Translations under genes and position numbers: made by a program | DNA from: a virus | Virus record (IMG/VR): IMGVR_UViG_3300031539_000008 | Span: 38,605-102,604 of that record | DNA: 64,000 nt | Strand: one strand, 5' to 3' | Shown here: positions 8,872 through 17,615 of the stretch, piece by piece | How positions within the stretch are numbered: the first letter of the stretch is position 1 | Layout: every line of letters starts with the position of its first letter | The notes under the pieces: model-generated | Seen by the model: only the letters and a program-made list of their open reading frames with translations | The model's database searches: none | Told to the model about the DNA's origin: nothing

Positions 8872-10236
8872 CTAGATCTTGCTGAACTTGCGCAGAATCG
8901 TCGCCTTCTCACGGGCACTCATCTGCTTGTTCGCCTTGGGTCCACTCGGCTTGACCGAGCGGGGGGTTTTGGCCGCGACAGCGCGAGCCTTGCGCGACTT
9001 CTTGCTCTTGAACTGCGCAAACAGCCCCTCGTGTCCCCGAATAGGCTCCAGGGGGTTGAGCTGTAGGTAACCACGCGAGGAGAGCTGCATGCGGCGACCC
9101 GAGGCCGTTGCGCCACGTCCCGCGCCGGAGCCTGGACCGTCGCCGGAGAACCGGCTCATGTTGCGACCGGCCACAGAGAGGCGATGAATCGCCTGCTCCA
9201 CCGTCATCTGCGGAGGCACGCCGGCGAACCCTGGGCGCGGCACGTTGCTCGGCCACGGCGCGACGCGCGTGGGCGCTCGCTTGGCCACCTTGCGCTTCGT
9301 GGCCTTGCGCTTGGCGACCTTCCGCTTTCCGGTCGTCTTCCGCTTTCCGGTCGTCTTCCGCTTGGCCACCTTCTTCTTGGCGGTCTTGCGCTTGGCGACC
9401 TTCTTCTTCGTGGCCTTCTTCTTCGTGGCCTTCTTCTTGGCTGGCTTGCGCTTGGCTGTGCTCAGCTTCTTGGAGCACAACTCCAGCCGCATGGAGCAGC
9501 CTTTCAGGGAGTCCTTGAGAGCCTCCTCCTGCTTCTTGGTCAGGTCTCCCCGATGCTTGGCCTTTTTCAGGCGCGTCTCCAGGGACTTGATGTGTGCCTT
9601 GAGCGAGGCGATTTCCTTGCTGTCCTTGCGCTTGGCGGCGGCGATGCGCTTGGTCTCCTGGCGTGCCGCATCGAATCCCTCCATCAGGTCGGACACCACG
9701 TCGGCTGAAACCATTTCTTCGGTCAACTTGGCCAGCGCAGCCTTGCCCTTGGTGATTTTGGCAATCTTGGCCTTGGACGGAATCGAACCCTGGGCCATTC
9801 CCCATTGTTTCTTCGTCAGACCGTGCTTGCGTACCTTGCTTGGCGTACCAGACGGGCTGGCGGGGCCGGCGGCAATCCCGACAGCTTTCTTCTTCTTCGA
9901 CCGCTTCTTCGTGGCCTTCTTCTTGGCCGGCTTGCTCTTGGTCGCTTTCTTCTTCGCAGTTTTCGCCACCTTTTTCTTGGCCACCTTTTTCTTGGCCTTT
10001 TTCTTGGCTGGCTTTTTCTTCGCCACCTTCTTCTTCTTGGTCGCCTTCTTCTTGGTCGCCTTCTTCTTGGTCGCCTTCTTCTTGGTCGCCTTCTTCTTGG
10101 TCGCCTTCTTCTTGGTCGCCTTCTTCTTCTTGGCGGCGTTGCGCTTTGGCGACTTGCGCTTCGCGGCACGCTTCTTCGCCTTCTTGGCGCGCTTCTTCTT
10201 TCGAGGATTGACGACGTTGACGGTGTAGGTGGCCAT
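8872..10236 (-). CDS. Histone H1/Hc2-like Lys-Ala-rich DNA-condensing protein
   Basis: (KKATK)n pentapeptide repeats (15-bp tandem near 10031-10125), central coiled coil, ends ATILRKFSKI. Confidence 0.85.
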   Translation of the reverse strand: MATYTVNVVNPRKKKRAKKAKKRAAKRKSPKRNAAKKKKATKKKATKKKATKKKATKKKATKKKATKKKKVAKKKPAKKKAKKKVAKKKVAKTAKKKATKSKPAKKKATKKRSKKKKAVGIAAGPASPSGTPSKVRKHGLTKKQWGMAQGSIPSKAKIAKITKGKAALAKLTEEMVSADVVSDLMEGFDAARQETKRIAAAKRKDSKEIASLKAHIKSLETRLKKAKHRGDLTKKQEEALKDSLKGCSMRLELCSKKLSTAKRKPAKKKATKKKATKKKVAKRKTAKKKVAKRKTTGKRKTTGKRKVAKRKATKRKVAKRAPTRVAPWPSNVPRPGFAGVPPQMTVEQAIHRLSVAGRNMSRFSGDGPGSGAGRGATASGRRMQLSSRGYLQLNPLEPIRGHEGLFAQFKSKKSRKARAVAAKTPRSVKPSGPKANKQMSAREKATILRKFSKI

Positions 10237-10287
10237 GGTGGTGTTCTCCTGAGTTTGGACGCCCTTCGCGGGCAGGCGAGGTGGGCG

Positions 10288-10407
10288 TCAGCGCCCTCGC
10301 GGAAGTTTCGTGATGCTGAGAGTACCTGCTAACAGGGAAAACGAAAAGAGAACCAACCCGACGTGCACGGCAGCGGTGGCAAGAGTGGGTTTCTTCGGTC
10401 CGTTCAT
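10288..10407 (-). CDS. Micro membrane protein (39 aa)
   Basis: Hand-translated MNGPKKPTLATAAVHVGLVLFSFSLLAGTLSITKLPRGR; ATGA overlap. Confidence 0.55.
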   Translation of the reverse strand: MNGPKKPTLATAAVHVGLVLFSFSLLAGTLSITKLPRGR

Positions 10408-10577
10408 CGCCCCTTGCCGAAGTAGAACGCGGTGCCGACGAGTGCAAGCATCGCGGCCCACAACGGGACCTTCCTGCCGTTCTCATCGTCGCCGGCACCC
10501 ACGCCACGGCGTCCGCGAGTACGGACGATACGACGAGGGAGACGCGGACGACGTGTCTTGTACTTGGGTCGTCTCAT
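10404..10577 (-). CDS. Basic leader, RGVGA, C-terminal TM (57 aa)
   Basis: MRRPKYKTRR...RGRRGVGAGDDENGRKVPLWAAMLALVGTAFYFGKGR. Confidence 0.7.
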   Translation of the reverse strand: MRRPKYKTRRPRLPRRIVRTRGRRGVGAGDDENGRKVPLWAAMLALVGTAFYFGKGR

Positions 10578-10741
10578 TTTACCGCCTTGATGATGCCGTA
10601 GGATGCGAGTCCTCCGAGGATCAGTGCGGCCCACACGGGTACGCACAGATCGGTGGTGTCACCGTTGGCCCCCATGCCGCGACGACCGCGAGACCTCGCC
10701 TTCTTCTTGCGCTTGTTGGTACGTGGACTGAACTTCGCCAT
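10574..10741 (-). CDS. Basic leader, RGMGA, C-terminal TM (55 aa); paralog of previous
   Basis: MAKFSPRTNKRKKKARSRGRRGMGANGDTTDLCVPVWAALILGGLASYGIIKAVK. Confidence 0.7.
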   Translation of the reverse strand: MAKFSPRTNKRKKKARSRGRRGMGANGDTTDLCVPVWAALILGGLASYGIIKAVK

Positions 10742-10752
10742 CTTCTTCTCCT

Positions 10753-11454
10753 TCAGATCCTCATCAGTCTGCGCAGCGTTTTCCGCTGCTCGGGTTTCAG
10801 CTTTTTCTTCGGCATGCGTATTCCGCCGCCGACCGATTCGCCCGCGCGTTGGGCGAGCCAGTTGCAAAGGCCGCCGGGGGATTCGACATCTGGACGTGCC
10901 TCCATGATGGCGAGACAGGCGCTCATACTGCCGCCTGGAATGTCGACAGGATTCCCCTCGTAGGGTCCGACGCCGTATCTGGCGGTAATCTTCTGAGCCA
11001 CACGAAGCAGGCTCCGAGCTTCCGTGACTCCGTTTTGTCCAAGTTTGCGGGCTGGCCCAGGGTCGTCTCCAGAGTGTTCCGCTTCGCCCACGGCCACCGC
11101 TGCGTATTTGATGGTGTCCAGGGCTCCGTTGAAAGCCACTGTGAAATCTTCCACCCGCTGAGCCTTCTCGAAAGCCTTGGCGGCGAGACGCATCGCCTTG
11201 CGGTACCGATCCGCGTGTTCACTGCGTCCTGGGTTGGCTAGCTGCGGATCGAACCCGTACCTCCGCATGATCGAGAGGTTGTTCTTCACCGCCCGCCAGT
11301 CGCTCGGCGTCTGCGACATGAACACCGAGCCCTTCCCGCCCGGGGACGATAGCTTCCAATGACCAGCCTTGCGCAGCGTGGCTGTCCATCCCTGCGCCTT
11401 GGCCTGCTCGATCACCTCGCGCATGCGCCTGGAAAGGTCTGACTTGCGGGACAT
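10753..11454 (-). CDS. Modular protein: HicA-like N-terminal domain, NP-delimited modules, C-terminal tag
   Basis: QGWTATLRKAGHWKLSSPGG...TPSDWRAVKN...RRYGF; LANP, EGNP; ends KTLRRLMRI. Confidence 0.75.
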   Translation of the reverse strand: MSRKSDLSRRMREVIEQAKAQGWTATLRKAGHWKLSSPGGKGSVFMSQTPSDWRAVKNNLSIMRRYGFDPQLANPGRSEHADRYRKAMRLAAKAFEKAQRVEDFTVAFNGALDTIKYAAVAVGEAEHSGDDPGPARKLGQNGVTEARSLLRVAQKITARYGVGPYEGNPVDIPGGSMSACLAIMEARPDVESPGGLCNWLAQRAGESVGGGIRMPKKKLKPEQRKTLRRLMRI

Positions 11455-11462
11455 GGATGGGG

Positions 11463-11798
11463 CTACCGAGCGAAGACCTCGGCGCGTGTGTGAAGTCGGC
11501 CTTCATCGAACTCGATGTGGTCGCGTTCAACCTGATCTACCAACTCGGCCGGGCAATACCTGCGGAACGGAAGCATCTCCCGTGCCGCGTGCTCTGCGAC
11601 GAGGTCTGGCGGAAAGCCAAGGTTCCGCAGCATCCGATGCTCACGGCGCAACTTGTGTTGTTGAGCGTTGGGCAGATACGGAAACAGCGAATCCTCCTCA
11701 AATGCGAAGTGGCATTCCAAACAGCACGCCACATCCATGCGGCAACTATTCATCTTGTCTTTGCAGGCTCCGCAACATGGTGGCTTGACTGGCATCAC
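11463..11798 (-). CDS. Hemerythrin/HHE-like small protein
   Basis: HFAFEEDSLFPYL, LRREH, HAARE pattern. Confidence 0.55.
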   Translation of the reverse strand: MMPVKPPCCGACKDKMNSCRMDVACCLECHFAFEEDSLFPYLPNAQQHKLRREHRMLRNLGFPPDLVAEHAAREMLPFRRYCPAELVDQVERDHIEFDEGRLHTRAEVFAR

Positions 11799-12523
11799 GT
11801 ACCTCTCATGGCCTTCTCCAGGATACCCCTGGTTTTCTTGCTACTCGTGCGATTCTTCCTGGATTTCGTCCTCTTCTTCGTCGGGTTCGGGATGAGACCC
11901 TCTGCCGCCAGTGAGGTAAAGTTACGTGGAGAGACCACCACGTGATCCAACACCGGGATTCCAGTCATCCTGCCGACCTTGACCATGCGTTGTGTCAGAT
12001 CGATGTCAGCCTCGCTTGGCGAGGAGTCGCCAGTGGGATGGTTGTGTGCGATGACCACGCTGTGAGCCTGCCGACGGATCGCCTCCCGAAACAACTCTCT
12101 GGGGTGCACCTCCACCGCCGACAGGCTGCCAATGGCGATTCCGAGCACGTCGATCACTTGCTGGCGTGCGTCGAGCAACACGACGACGAAATACTCCTGC
12201 GGCTTCTTGCCGATGACCCTACGCACGAGTTCTGCTACCTCGGATGGCTGCCTGACAGTCCCCGCGCGGTCCTGACAGGCCGCGTCACACAAGCCAGCAA
12301 CCGCAAATACAGCAATCACCTTCTTGGCCTGGGCAGTGGGAACCCCAAGATGGGTGAGCGCACTCATGCTCGCGTCGGAGAGTCCACGCCCGTCGGGGAA
12401 GTTCTCGGCCAGGATGGCTGCGCTTTTCTTGGTCAGCCCCAACTCACGCAGGCGGTCCACGAGCTTGCCTCGCTCCCGAATCTCCAGGAGTAGATCGTTG
12501 TGTATCGGTCGACCTCTCGGCAT
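11795..12523 (-). CDS. radC: RadC/JAB-domain protein with basic tail and C-terminal tag
   Basis: QEYFVVVLLD, VHPRELFREAI, AHNHPTGDSSPSEAD, LDHVVV; tail PNPTKKR...GILEKAMRGT. Confidence 0.9.
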   Translation of the reverse strand: MPRGRPIHNDLLLEIRERGKLVDRLRELGLTKKSAAILAENFPDGRGLSDASMSALTHLGVPTAQAKKVIAVFAVAGLCDAACQDRAGTVRQPSEVAELVRRVIGKKPQEYFVVVLLDARQQVIDVLGIAIGSLSAVEVHPRELFREAIRRQAHSVVIAHNHPTGDSSPSEADIDLTQRMVKVGRMTGIPVLDHVVVSPRNFTSLAAEGLIPNPTKKRTKSRKNRTSSKKTRGILEKAMRGT

Positions 12524-12936
12524 CAGGTTCCTCGCATCGCTTTACGCAGGATCGCGCGGGCGTCTGGATTATTCTTCGCATTTTTCTTGGCGGTCTTTTT
12601 GGCCTTACTGGGCTCTTGGGCGATACGCCCTTCCGCCAGCTCGATCATGCTATCCTTCTCACCGGCCCGCTCATCCAGACGATCCTGGTCGCGCGCGGCC
12701 GTGTACGCCTGGATGTAGAAGCTGTACTCGACCTTGTAGATGTGGCCGTTGACCTTCGTGTAGAGGCCGGGGATGACTCGGTCGTTCAGGCTGTCCCACA
12801 GCTCATGCCACTGGTAGTCGTCTGGGCCGTAGTCTGGCAGCGCCTGCTGTTGCTTGCGGGGGTCTGGGATTCTGGCGCTGCGTCGGTCGAACGACGACAT
12901 CTCCCGATACGGCGATGTGACAACCGGAGCCATCAC
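12523..12936 (-). CDS. Hypothetical protein with C-terminal tag
   Basis: Ends KKNAKNNPDARAILRKAMRGT. Confidence 0.8.
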   Translation of the reverse strand: MMAPVVTSPYREMSSFDRRSARIPDPRKQQQALPDYGPDDYQWHELWDSLNDRVIPGLYTKVNGHIYKVEYSFYIQAYTAARDQDRLDERAGEKDSMIELAEGRIAQEPSKAKKTAKKNAKNNPDARAILRKAMRGT

Positions 12937-13727
12937 GTCCCTCGCATCGCCTTGCGCAAGATCGTCTTGGCGTCGGGGTTCTTCTTGGCCACCTTCTTCT
13001 TCGCCTTCTTCTTCGCTTCTTTCCTCGCTGGCTTCCCCCAGTTGAGTTCATCCACCAGCGAGATGGCCTTGTCGAAAGCGTCGGCACCACGAAAAGTCTC
13101 GTAGATCTTCGTCTTGTCGCGCACCGCGTATACGCCATGCGGGAGCACGTCAATCCGTACCATCGGGGATGCAGCCTTGGCCCTGGGGTTCTTCACCCTC
13201 TTCTTGGCGCGCTTGCGCGAGGCTTTGCTCGCGGGGTTGCTGCGCAGTTTCAGCATGTCCTCCACCTCGGAGGATATGGAGCTGGCGCCGTCCATGATGG
13301 AGTAATCGTCGGCGTGGTGTCCCTCGTTCCAAGCGGCGTGCGCATCTTCCAGGGCTAGGATGGCCAGGACTTTGCGATGTGACCCGTCTGTGGTTTCACG
13401 GGCCTTTTCAAGCGTCTTTTCAGCTTGCTTGAGGTGAGCCTTCGCCAGCCTGGCATGGGTCTTCTTGGCGGGGTTCGATGTCTTTTTGCGCGGGTTCTCG
13501 TACCCCTCGCCCTCCACGCCCCCGGCCTCGCCCCACCCAGACTCGCCGCCCGGCCACTCGTCCGAGAGCTTGGCCCCGAGCCTGGATGCCTTGCGGTCGC
13601 CGCCCTTGGGCTCGAATCCTCCACCCCGTCGCCACTCCCAGTACGCCTCCAGGTGTTCGCCGGCGGCGTGGTAGTCCTTGCGCTTGAGGGCGCTGGTGGC
13701 CATGTCGAGTGCTGCCTGCGGGTCCAT
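12933..13727 (-). CDS. Modular basic protein, 5 xNP motifs, C-terminal tag
   Basis: Start MDPQAAL (TGATG overlap); ends KKNPDAKTILRKAMRGT. Confidence 0.8.
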   Translation of the reverse strand: MDPQAALDMATSALKRKDYHAAGEHLEAYWEWRRGGGFEPKGGDRKASRLGAKLSDEWPGGESGWGEAGGVEGEGYENPRKKTSNPAKKTHARLAKAHLKQAEKTLEKARETTDGSHRKVLAILALEDAHAAWNEGHHADDYSIMDGASSISSEVEDMLKLRSNPASKASRKRAKKRVKNPRAKAASPMVRIDVLPHGVYAVRDKTKIYETFRGADAFDKAISLVDELNWGKPARKEAKKKAKKKVAKKNPDAKTILRKAMRGT

Positions 13728-14287
13728 CAGTACACCAGTCCTCTCTCCGTCACGGTTAGCCGACCGCCGCTGATGGCGATGGCCTTGGGCGGGCTTCCAG
13801 GCGACATCGCGATGCGCACGTTCTTGCCCAGGGTGTGGATGTAGTCGTCCGTCATTCCGTCCGACTTCCATTTGGAGCTGCGGTACACGATGTGAACCGC
13901 GCGACCGTACGGCTTGAGCTGGTAGTCTTGGAGCTTGAGTTCGCCCATCTGCACGGGGTCACGCGCCGCCCATCGACGAAATAGCTTGGCCGACTTCTCC
14001 GCGCCGGCCGCCTTGAACAGCTCCTGGTCCGGACCGAGATGGCCGACCCATCGCACGTGCTTCCCAGGGAAGATCAGCAACGTCTTCAGCGTCGGGCTCC
14101 AATAGAGGTTGGGGCCCTCCCCCGTGAACTTGTGGACCTCTTCCTGCCCGTCGCTGTCGCGCTCGACCTTGATCTCCAGGGCAGTGCCAAGCAGTGCCAC
14201 GTCGCCTGGATTCGGCAGGCGTGACGGCTTAGGGCCGGGGTTCCCCGCAAGTAGCAGGCACGGTAGGCAGGGGTTTTGGCGTGGCAT
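13727..14287 (-). CDS. Putative virion protein with three N-terminal xNP motifs
   Basis: RQNP, AGNP, LPNP then a globular domain (YRSSKW...YIH...GGRLTVTERGL). Confidence 0.75.
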   Translation of the reverse strand: MPRQNPCLPCLLLAGNPGPKPSRLPNPGDVALLGTALEIKVERDSDGQEEVHKFTGEGPNLYWSPTLKTLLIFPGKHVRWVGHLGPDQELFKAAGAEKSAKLFRRWAARDPVQMGELKLQDYQLKPYGRAVHIVYRSSKWKSDGMTDDYIHTLGKNVRIAMSPGSPPKAIAISGGRLTVTERGLVY

Positions 14288-14496
14288 CTTCGTTTCTCAG
14301 CGTCGTCGGGATCCCTTTTTCGGCCGCGACCGCGGCCCACCGGAATACCGTCAGCCAATCCCCGGGCCGCATGACGCGTCCCCCACTCCCCTGAAGTCGT
14401 GGAAGGACTGTGGTGCGATTTGTGGTGCGATTTGTAGCGTGGAGACGGTCGCCGCGTTGGCGCGGTCCACATCGGCTTTGCTTGGTTGAGTAGCCA

Positions 14497-15060
14497 TCAG
14501 GGGCGGCTTGTATCCTCATATTGTACGGGGAGCTGCGGGTCGCCGGAGCCAGGACCTGGCCCGGTGTGCTTCGTGCACACCCAGATGCCTTTGACGTACG
14601 CGAACTGCTCGCAGTCACCTGCGTCTATAGGCGTTGATCTTCCGGCTGATAGGGAACGCGAACGAGAGCGCGAACGAGAGCGCCGACGCCCAACCCCGAT
14701 CCTTGGGCCCGGTGCTGTTGGTCCATGGGGGAACAGGCATCCGGTAATCATGGACCCTTGGCACTCAGCCAAATCGTGAGCACTCAGCTTGCTCGCCATC
14801 CACTGTTTCTTACACCAGGCTAGACCACTGGAGATGCACTTGCCGCGGGGGCGGCTAGGCGTGGATCCTCCGCGTGAGCCCGCCCTCCCCTTGCCCCGAG
14901 CGCCGACTCCACGGTGCAGAGTCATCTTGACCGGTGCCCCCATGCCTCGCGGCACGATCGGGATGCGGACGTGTCCATCTTGGATGTGAGAACGAGCCGC
15001 GTCGGTGTCCCATGCTCCGAGGCCGACTTGACGCTGATACAGAGTGGGGTTGTTGGCCAT
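14497..15060 (-). CDS. Basic Cys-containing protein with several G[LMV]GA motifs
   Basis: MANNP; GLGA, GMGA, GVGA; RS repeat; KGIWVC. Confidence 0.7.
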   Translation of the reverse strand: MANNPTLYQRQVGLGAWDTDAARSHIQDGHVRIPIVPRGMGAPVKMTLHRGVGARGKGRAGSRGGSTPSRPRGKCISSGLAWCKKQWMASKLSAHDLAECQGSMITGCLFPHGPTAPGPRIGVGRRRSRSRSRSRSLSAGRSTPIDAGDCEQFAYVKGIWVCTKHTGPGPGSGDPQLPVQYEDTSRP

Positions 15061-15061
15061 C

Positions 15062-15493
15062 TCAGTACCTCCCCGTCGCCCGGTACTGACGCTTGGCGGT
15101 CAGACTGATGGGCCGGCGGTTCTTCCCACCTAGCCGGCGGGTGCCGGCTCCCTTGAAGGTGAGAGACATGCCAGATGCAGGCTCGTACCACCCGCCCCGG
15201 CTCGCGCCCAGGCCCTCGGGTTCGTCCGTGTACTGGTTGTTGTTGGCGTCCACGCCGCCGTCGTCTGGATAGCCAACGGTGTCGTTGTAGTCATCCATGC
15301 CGCCAGATGGCTGGCCATCCGGAGCGCAGTCCACGTCTGGCTGATGCGGGTAGGGCGTCTTCCCGCAGTGGCAGTAGTGGTGGTGGTGGTGGTGAACATC
15401 CTGGTGTTCATGCTGCGGCGCACAGCCGGTGTGGCAGCCAGCCACCCCTTGCTGTTTCCCTCGCTGCTTTCGATAGCTTCGTCGTTGAGCCAT
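15062..15493 (-). CDS. His/Cys-rich protein
   Basis: HEHQDVHHHHHHYCHC; EGLGAS. Confidence 0.65.
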   Translation of the reverse strand: MAQRRSYRKQRGKQQGVAGCHTGCAPQHEHQDVHHHHHHYCHCGKTPYPHQPDVDCAPDGQPSGGMDDYNDTVGYPDDGGVDANNNQYTDEPEGLGASRGGWYEPASGMSLTFKGAGTRRLGGKNRRPISLTAKRQYRATGRY

Positions 15494-15498
15494 TTTTC

Positions 15499-16272
15499 TT
15501 ACCTCCGTTGTTTTCCGCGCAAAGTCAGGCCGCGCTTACCGATTCCGCCCTGGTCGCATCCCGCATCGATCCAGTAGGGCATGCTCCTGGTGGGGCATCC
15601 AGCAAATGGCTCGGCGTAGAACTGCGCGCTCTGCCCGATCCAGTACGGCTGTTGCCCGATAGGATAGGGCACCCGTCGCTGTCGCCTTTTTCGTCCTCGA
15701 CGAAATCCATAATACAGGCCGACCGGATTGGTGGTGGGTGCGCAGCCGATGTCCCCGGGATTTGGCCCGATGTACGGGTTGCATGCCGCGCCATACCCTG
15801 GTCCTGGAGGCACCGGTGGCCGAAGAGGCCGGCGACGCGCGGGAATGGGAGTGGCAGCGGGCGGTGCAGCGGAGGTCTGTCCGACGCCAGGGCTCGTGCA
15901 GTCGCCTGTGCAGTCGCCTCCGCACTCACACTCGTGTCCAGATGCGCAGGACTCACAGCAGTACCCTTCCCACCATGGCTGGTGATGGTCCACCGCAGGG
16001 GGGCAGTCTGAGTGACCGCCGCATGGCCGCTCAGGCAGACAGATGGGAAGCGCGCCGCGAATCGAGTAGGGCGTGTAGATTCCACTCTCCATCGCCAAAT
16101 AGCTGCGCTGGAGACCCGGATGCTGGACAGGCTGGCAACCGGGCCGATACGCCGGATAGGCGGGCATTTCGGTATCTCCGCTCCAGGTCCCGTGAGGCGC
16201 GCCCATTCCGCGGCGGTAGGTCAGGGGGATTCTGCGCATCGTCTTGTTCTTCCACTTGTCTCCACAGGGCAT
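15499..16272 (-). CDS. Cys/Pro-rich protein
   Basis: RRGMGAP; CCESCASGHECECGGDC; ends LTLRGKQRR. Confidence 0.7.
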   Translation of the reverse strand: MPCGDKWKNKTMRRIPLTYRRGMGAPHGTWSGDTEMPAYPAYRPGCQPVQHPGLQRSYLAMESGIYTPYSIRGALPICLPERPCGGHSDCPPAVDHHQPWWEGYCCESCASGHECECGGDCTGDCTSPGVGQTSAAPPAATPIPARRRPLRPPVPPGPGYGAACNPYIGPNPGDIGCAPTTNPVGLYYGFRRGRKRRQRRVPYPIGQQPYWIGQSAQFYAEPFAGCPTRSMPYWIDAGCDQGGIGKRGLTLRGKQRR

Positions 16273-16276
16273 TTTT

Positions 16277-16615
16277 CTACCTCTTCGGCTTCGCGAGCGG
16301 GCGATCGTTGTAACAAACCCACCGATAGCCGTTGAAGTGTGGCGTGAACCCGGGGAGGCAGGTCACCCCCCTGGTGGTAGCGGACGCGGCGATGCGGCGA
16401 CTGGGAGGCGCTGGCAGTCTGGCGCCCACGCCGTACTGCGTTGGGTGCATGAACACCTGCGGGCGGTAGGGGACTGCGTAGTCGATCACGGTATCGGTCC
16501 ACGGGTCGTAGCTCGCACCGACGCCGCGGGTGCTCCCTCCGCCGAGCAGACGCTTGGCAGACTCGACTTCGCGCAGCATGCGACCGCGCCCTTTGTCACC
16601 GCTTGGGTTGTTCAT
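16277..16615 (-). CDS. Small protein with MNNPS start and two GVGA motifs
   Basis: RGVGAS, YGVGAR, C...GYRWVC. Confidence 0.7.
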   Translation of the reverse strand: MNNPSGDKGRGRMLREVESAKRLLGGGSTRGVGASYDPWTDTVIDYAVPYRPQVFMHPTQYGVGARLPAPPSRRIAASATTRGVTCLPGFTPHFNGYRWVCYNDRPLAKPKR

Positions 16616-16657
16616 GGGAACTCCTGGTCCCGATGCTACCGCGGCGGAGCTGTACCC

Positions 16658-17614
16658 TCAAATGTTCATCATGCGACGCATGAACGAGCCACGCGTTGCC
16701 TTCTTCGGGGCGCTCGCAGCTCGTTCCTTCGCGGTCTTCTCTACGAGCGCACACGCGGATGCAAGCGCACGCCGGGCTCCCCACGCTGTGTAGCTCCCAA
16801 GAGCCGTCTCGTCTGGGCCGATCACCGTCGCCATCGCCATGCCGTCATGCTCTGCGATGTCTCCGCCTTCGTACGCGCCAAGCGGTTGCACGTCGATGGT
16901 GTAGCTGCGGCAGGCGAACAAGCCGCCGTTGCCCTTCACGGTACGCATGCGCACGCCAGCGGGAACTGGTGGCTGCGGTGGAACACGTTTGCGGCTGCGG
17001 TGTTTCGCCTGCTCGTGCATCAGGTCGATCACTGCCAGCGCCTCCAGGTGGGGGAACGGCTGGTCCGAGGACCATTCTGCCAACACGGCACCGGGTCCGT
17101 CTTTGATCTGGCGCGCAATCTGGACGTTTGGCCCCTGCACAAGTATATGACGGCCTCTGTACTTGTAGATGGTTCCGTTTTCGTCCTTCTGGACGGTGAG
17201 CGGAGTCTTGTTCTCGCGGAATCCTCCGTAGAGCAGGTCGTCTTCGGCGGCCTCCCCTGGATTCTTTTGGACCTTCTCCCAGAACCCCCACTCGATTGTT
17301 CCGTCGGGCATCTTTCGCCCGCTGAAGTAGTGATGTGCCGGAGCCGTCTTTTGCAGCCCGGAGGTGATGTGGTCGAAAAGGGTATCAGCCTGGCGCTGCC
17401 AATCGCGCGGAGCCTCCTCGTACCACTCATCCCCGTCTCCACGCGCATCGGCCTCGGTGATGTAGAGATAGACGCTGCCAAGCTGTCCGCGTAGGGCACG
17501 ATCTGCGTCCGGGTCAAGATGGCGCAGCGTCCCCATCAGCTCGACGATCGCCTCACCCCGAGGCCCGTCTGGCATCTGGATGAACACGGGTCCGGGCTTG
17601 GCTCGCTTACGCAT
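16658..17614 (-). CDS. Modular protein with tag-like C-terminus
   Basis: QKNP boundary; ends KKATRGSFMRRMMNI. Confidence 0.75.
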   Translation of the reverse strand: MRKRAKPGPVFIQMPDGPRGEAIVELMGTLRHLDPDADRALRGQLGSVYLYITEADARGDGDEWYEEAPRDWQRQADTLFDHITSGLQKTAPAHHYFSGRKMPDGTIEWGFWEKVQKNPGEAAEDDLLYGGFRENKTPLTVQKDENGTIYKYRGRHILVQGPNVQIARQIKDGPGAVLAEWSSDQPFPHLEALAVIDLMHEQAKHRSRKRVPPQPPVPAGVRMRTVKGNGGLFACRSYTIDVQPLGAYEGGDIAEHDGMAMATVIGPDETALGSYTAWGARRALASACALVEKTAKERAASAPKKATRGSFMRRMMNI

Positions 17615-17615
17615 T

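Noticed and set aside
8909-10507. Long alternative-frame and antisense ORFs (8909..10507, 9245..10228; likewise 21428..22396, 36082..36981, 51461..52837)
   Set aside because: Shadows of repetitive or GC-rich real genes, with no independent motifs
11795-12960. MRGT ending as a mere Shine-Dalgarno by-product
   Set aside because: The RG codons do supply GAGG for coupled downstream genes, but ILxKAM is also conserved and the copy at 3801 is not coupled to a start
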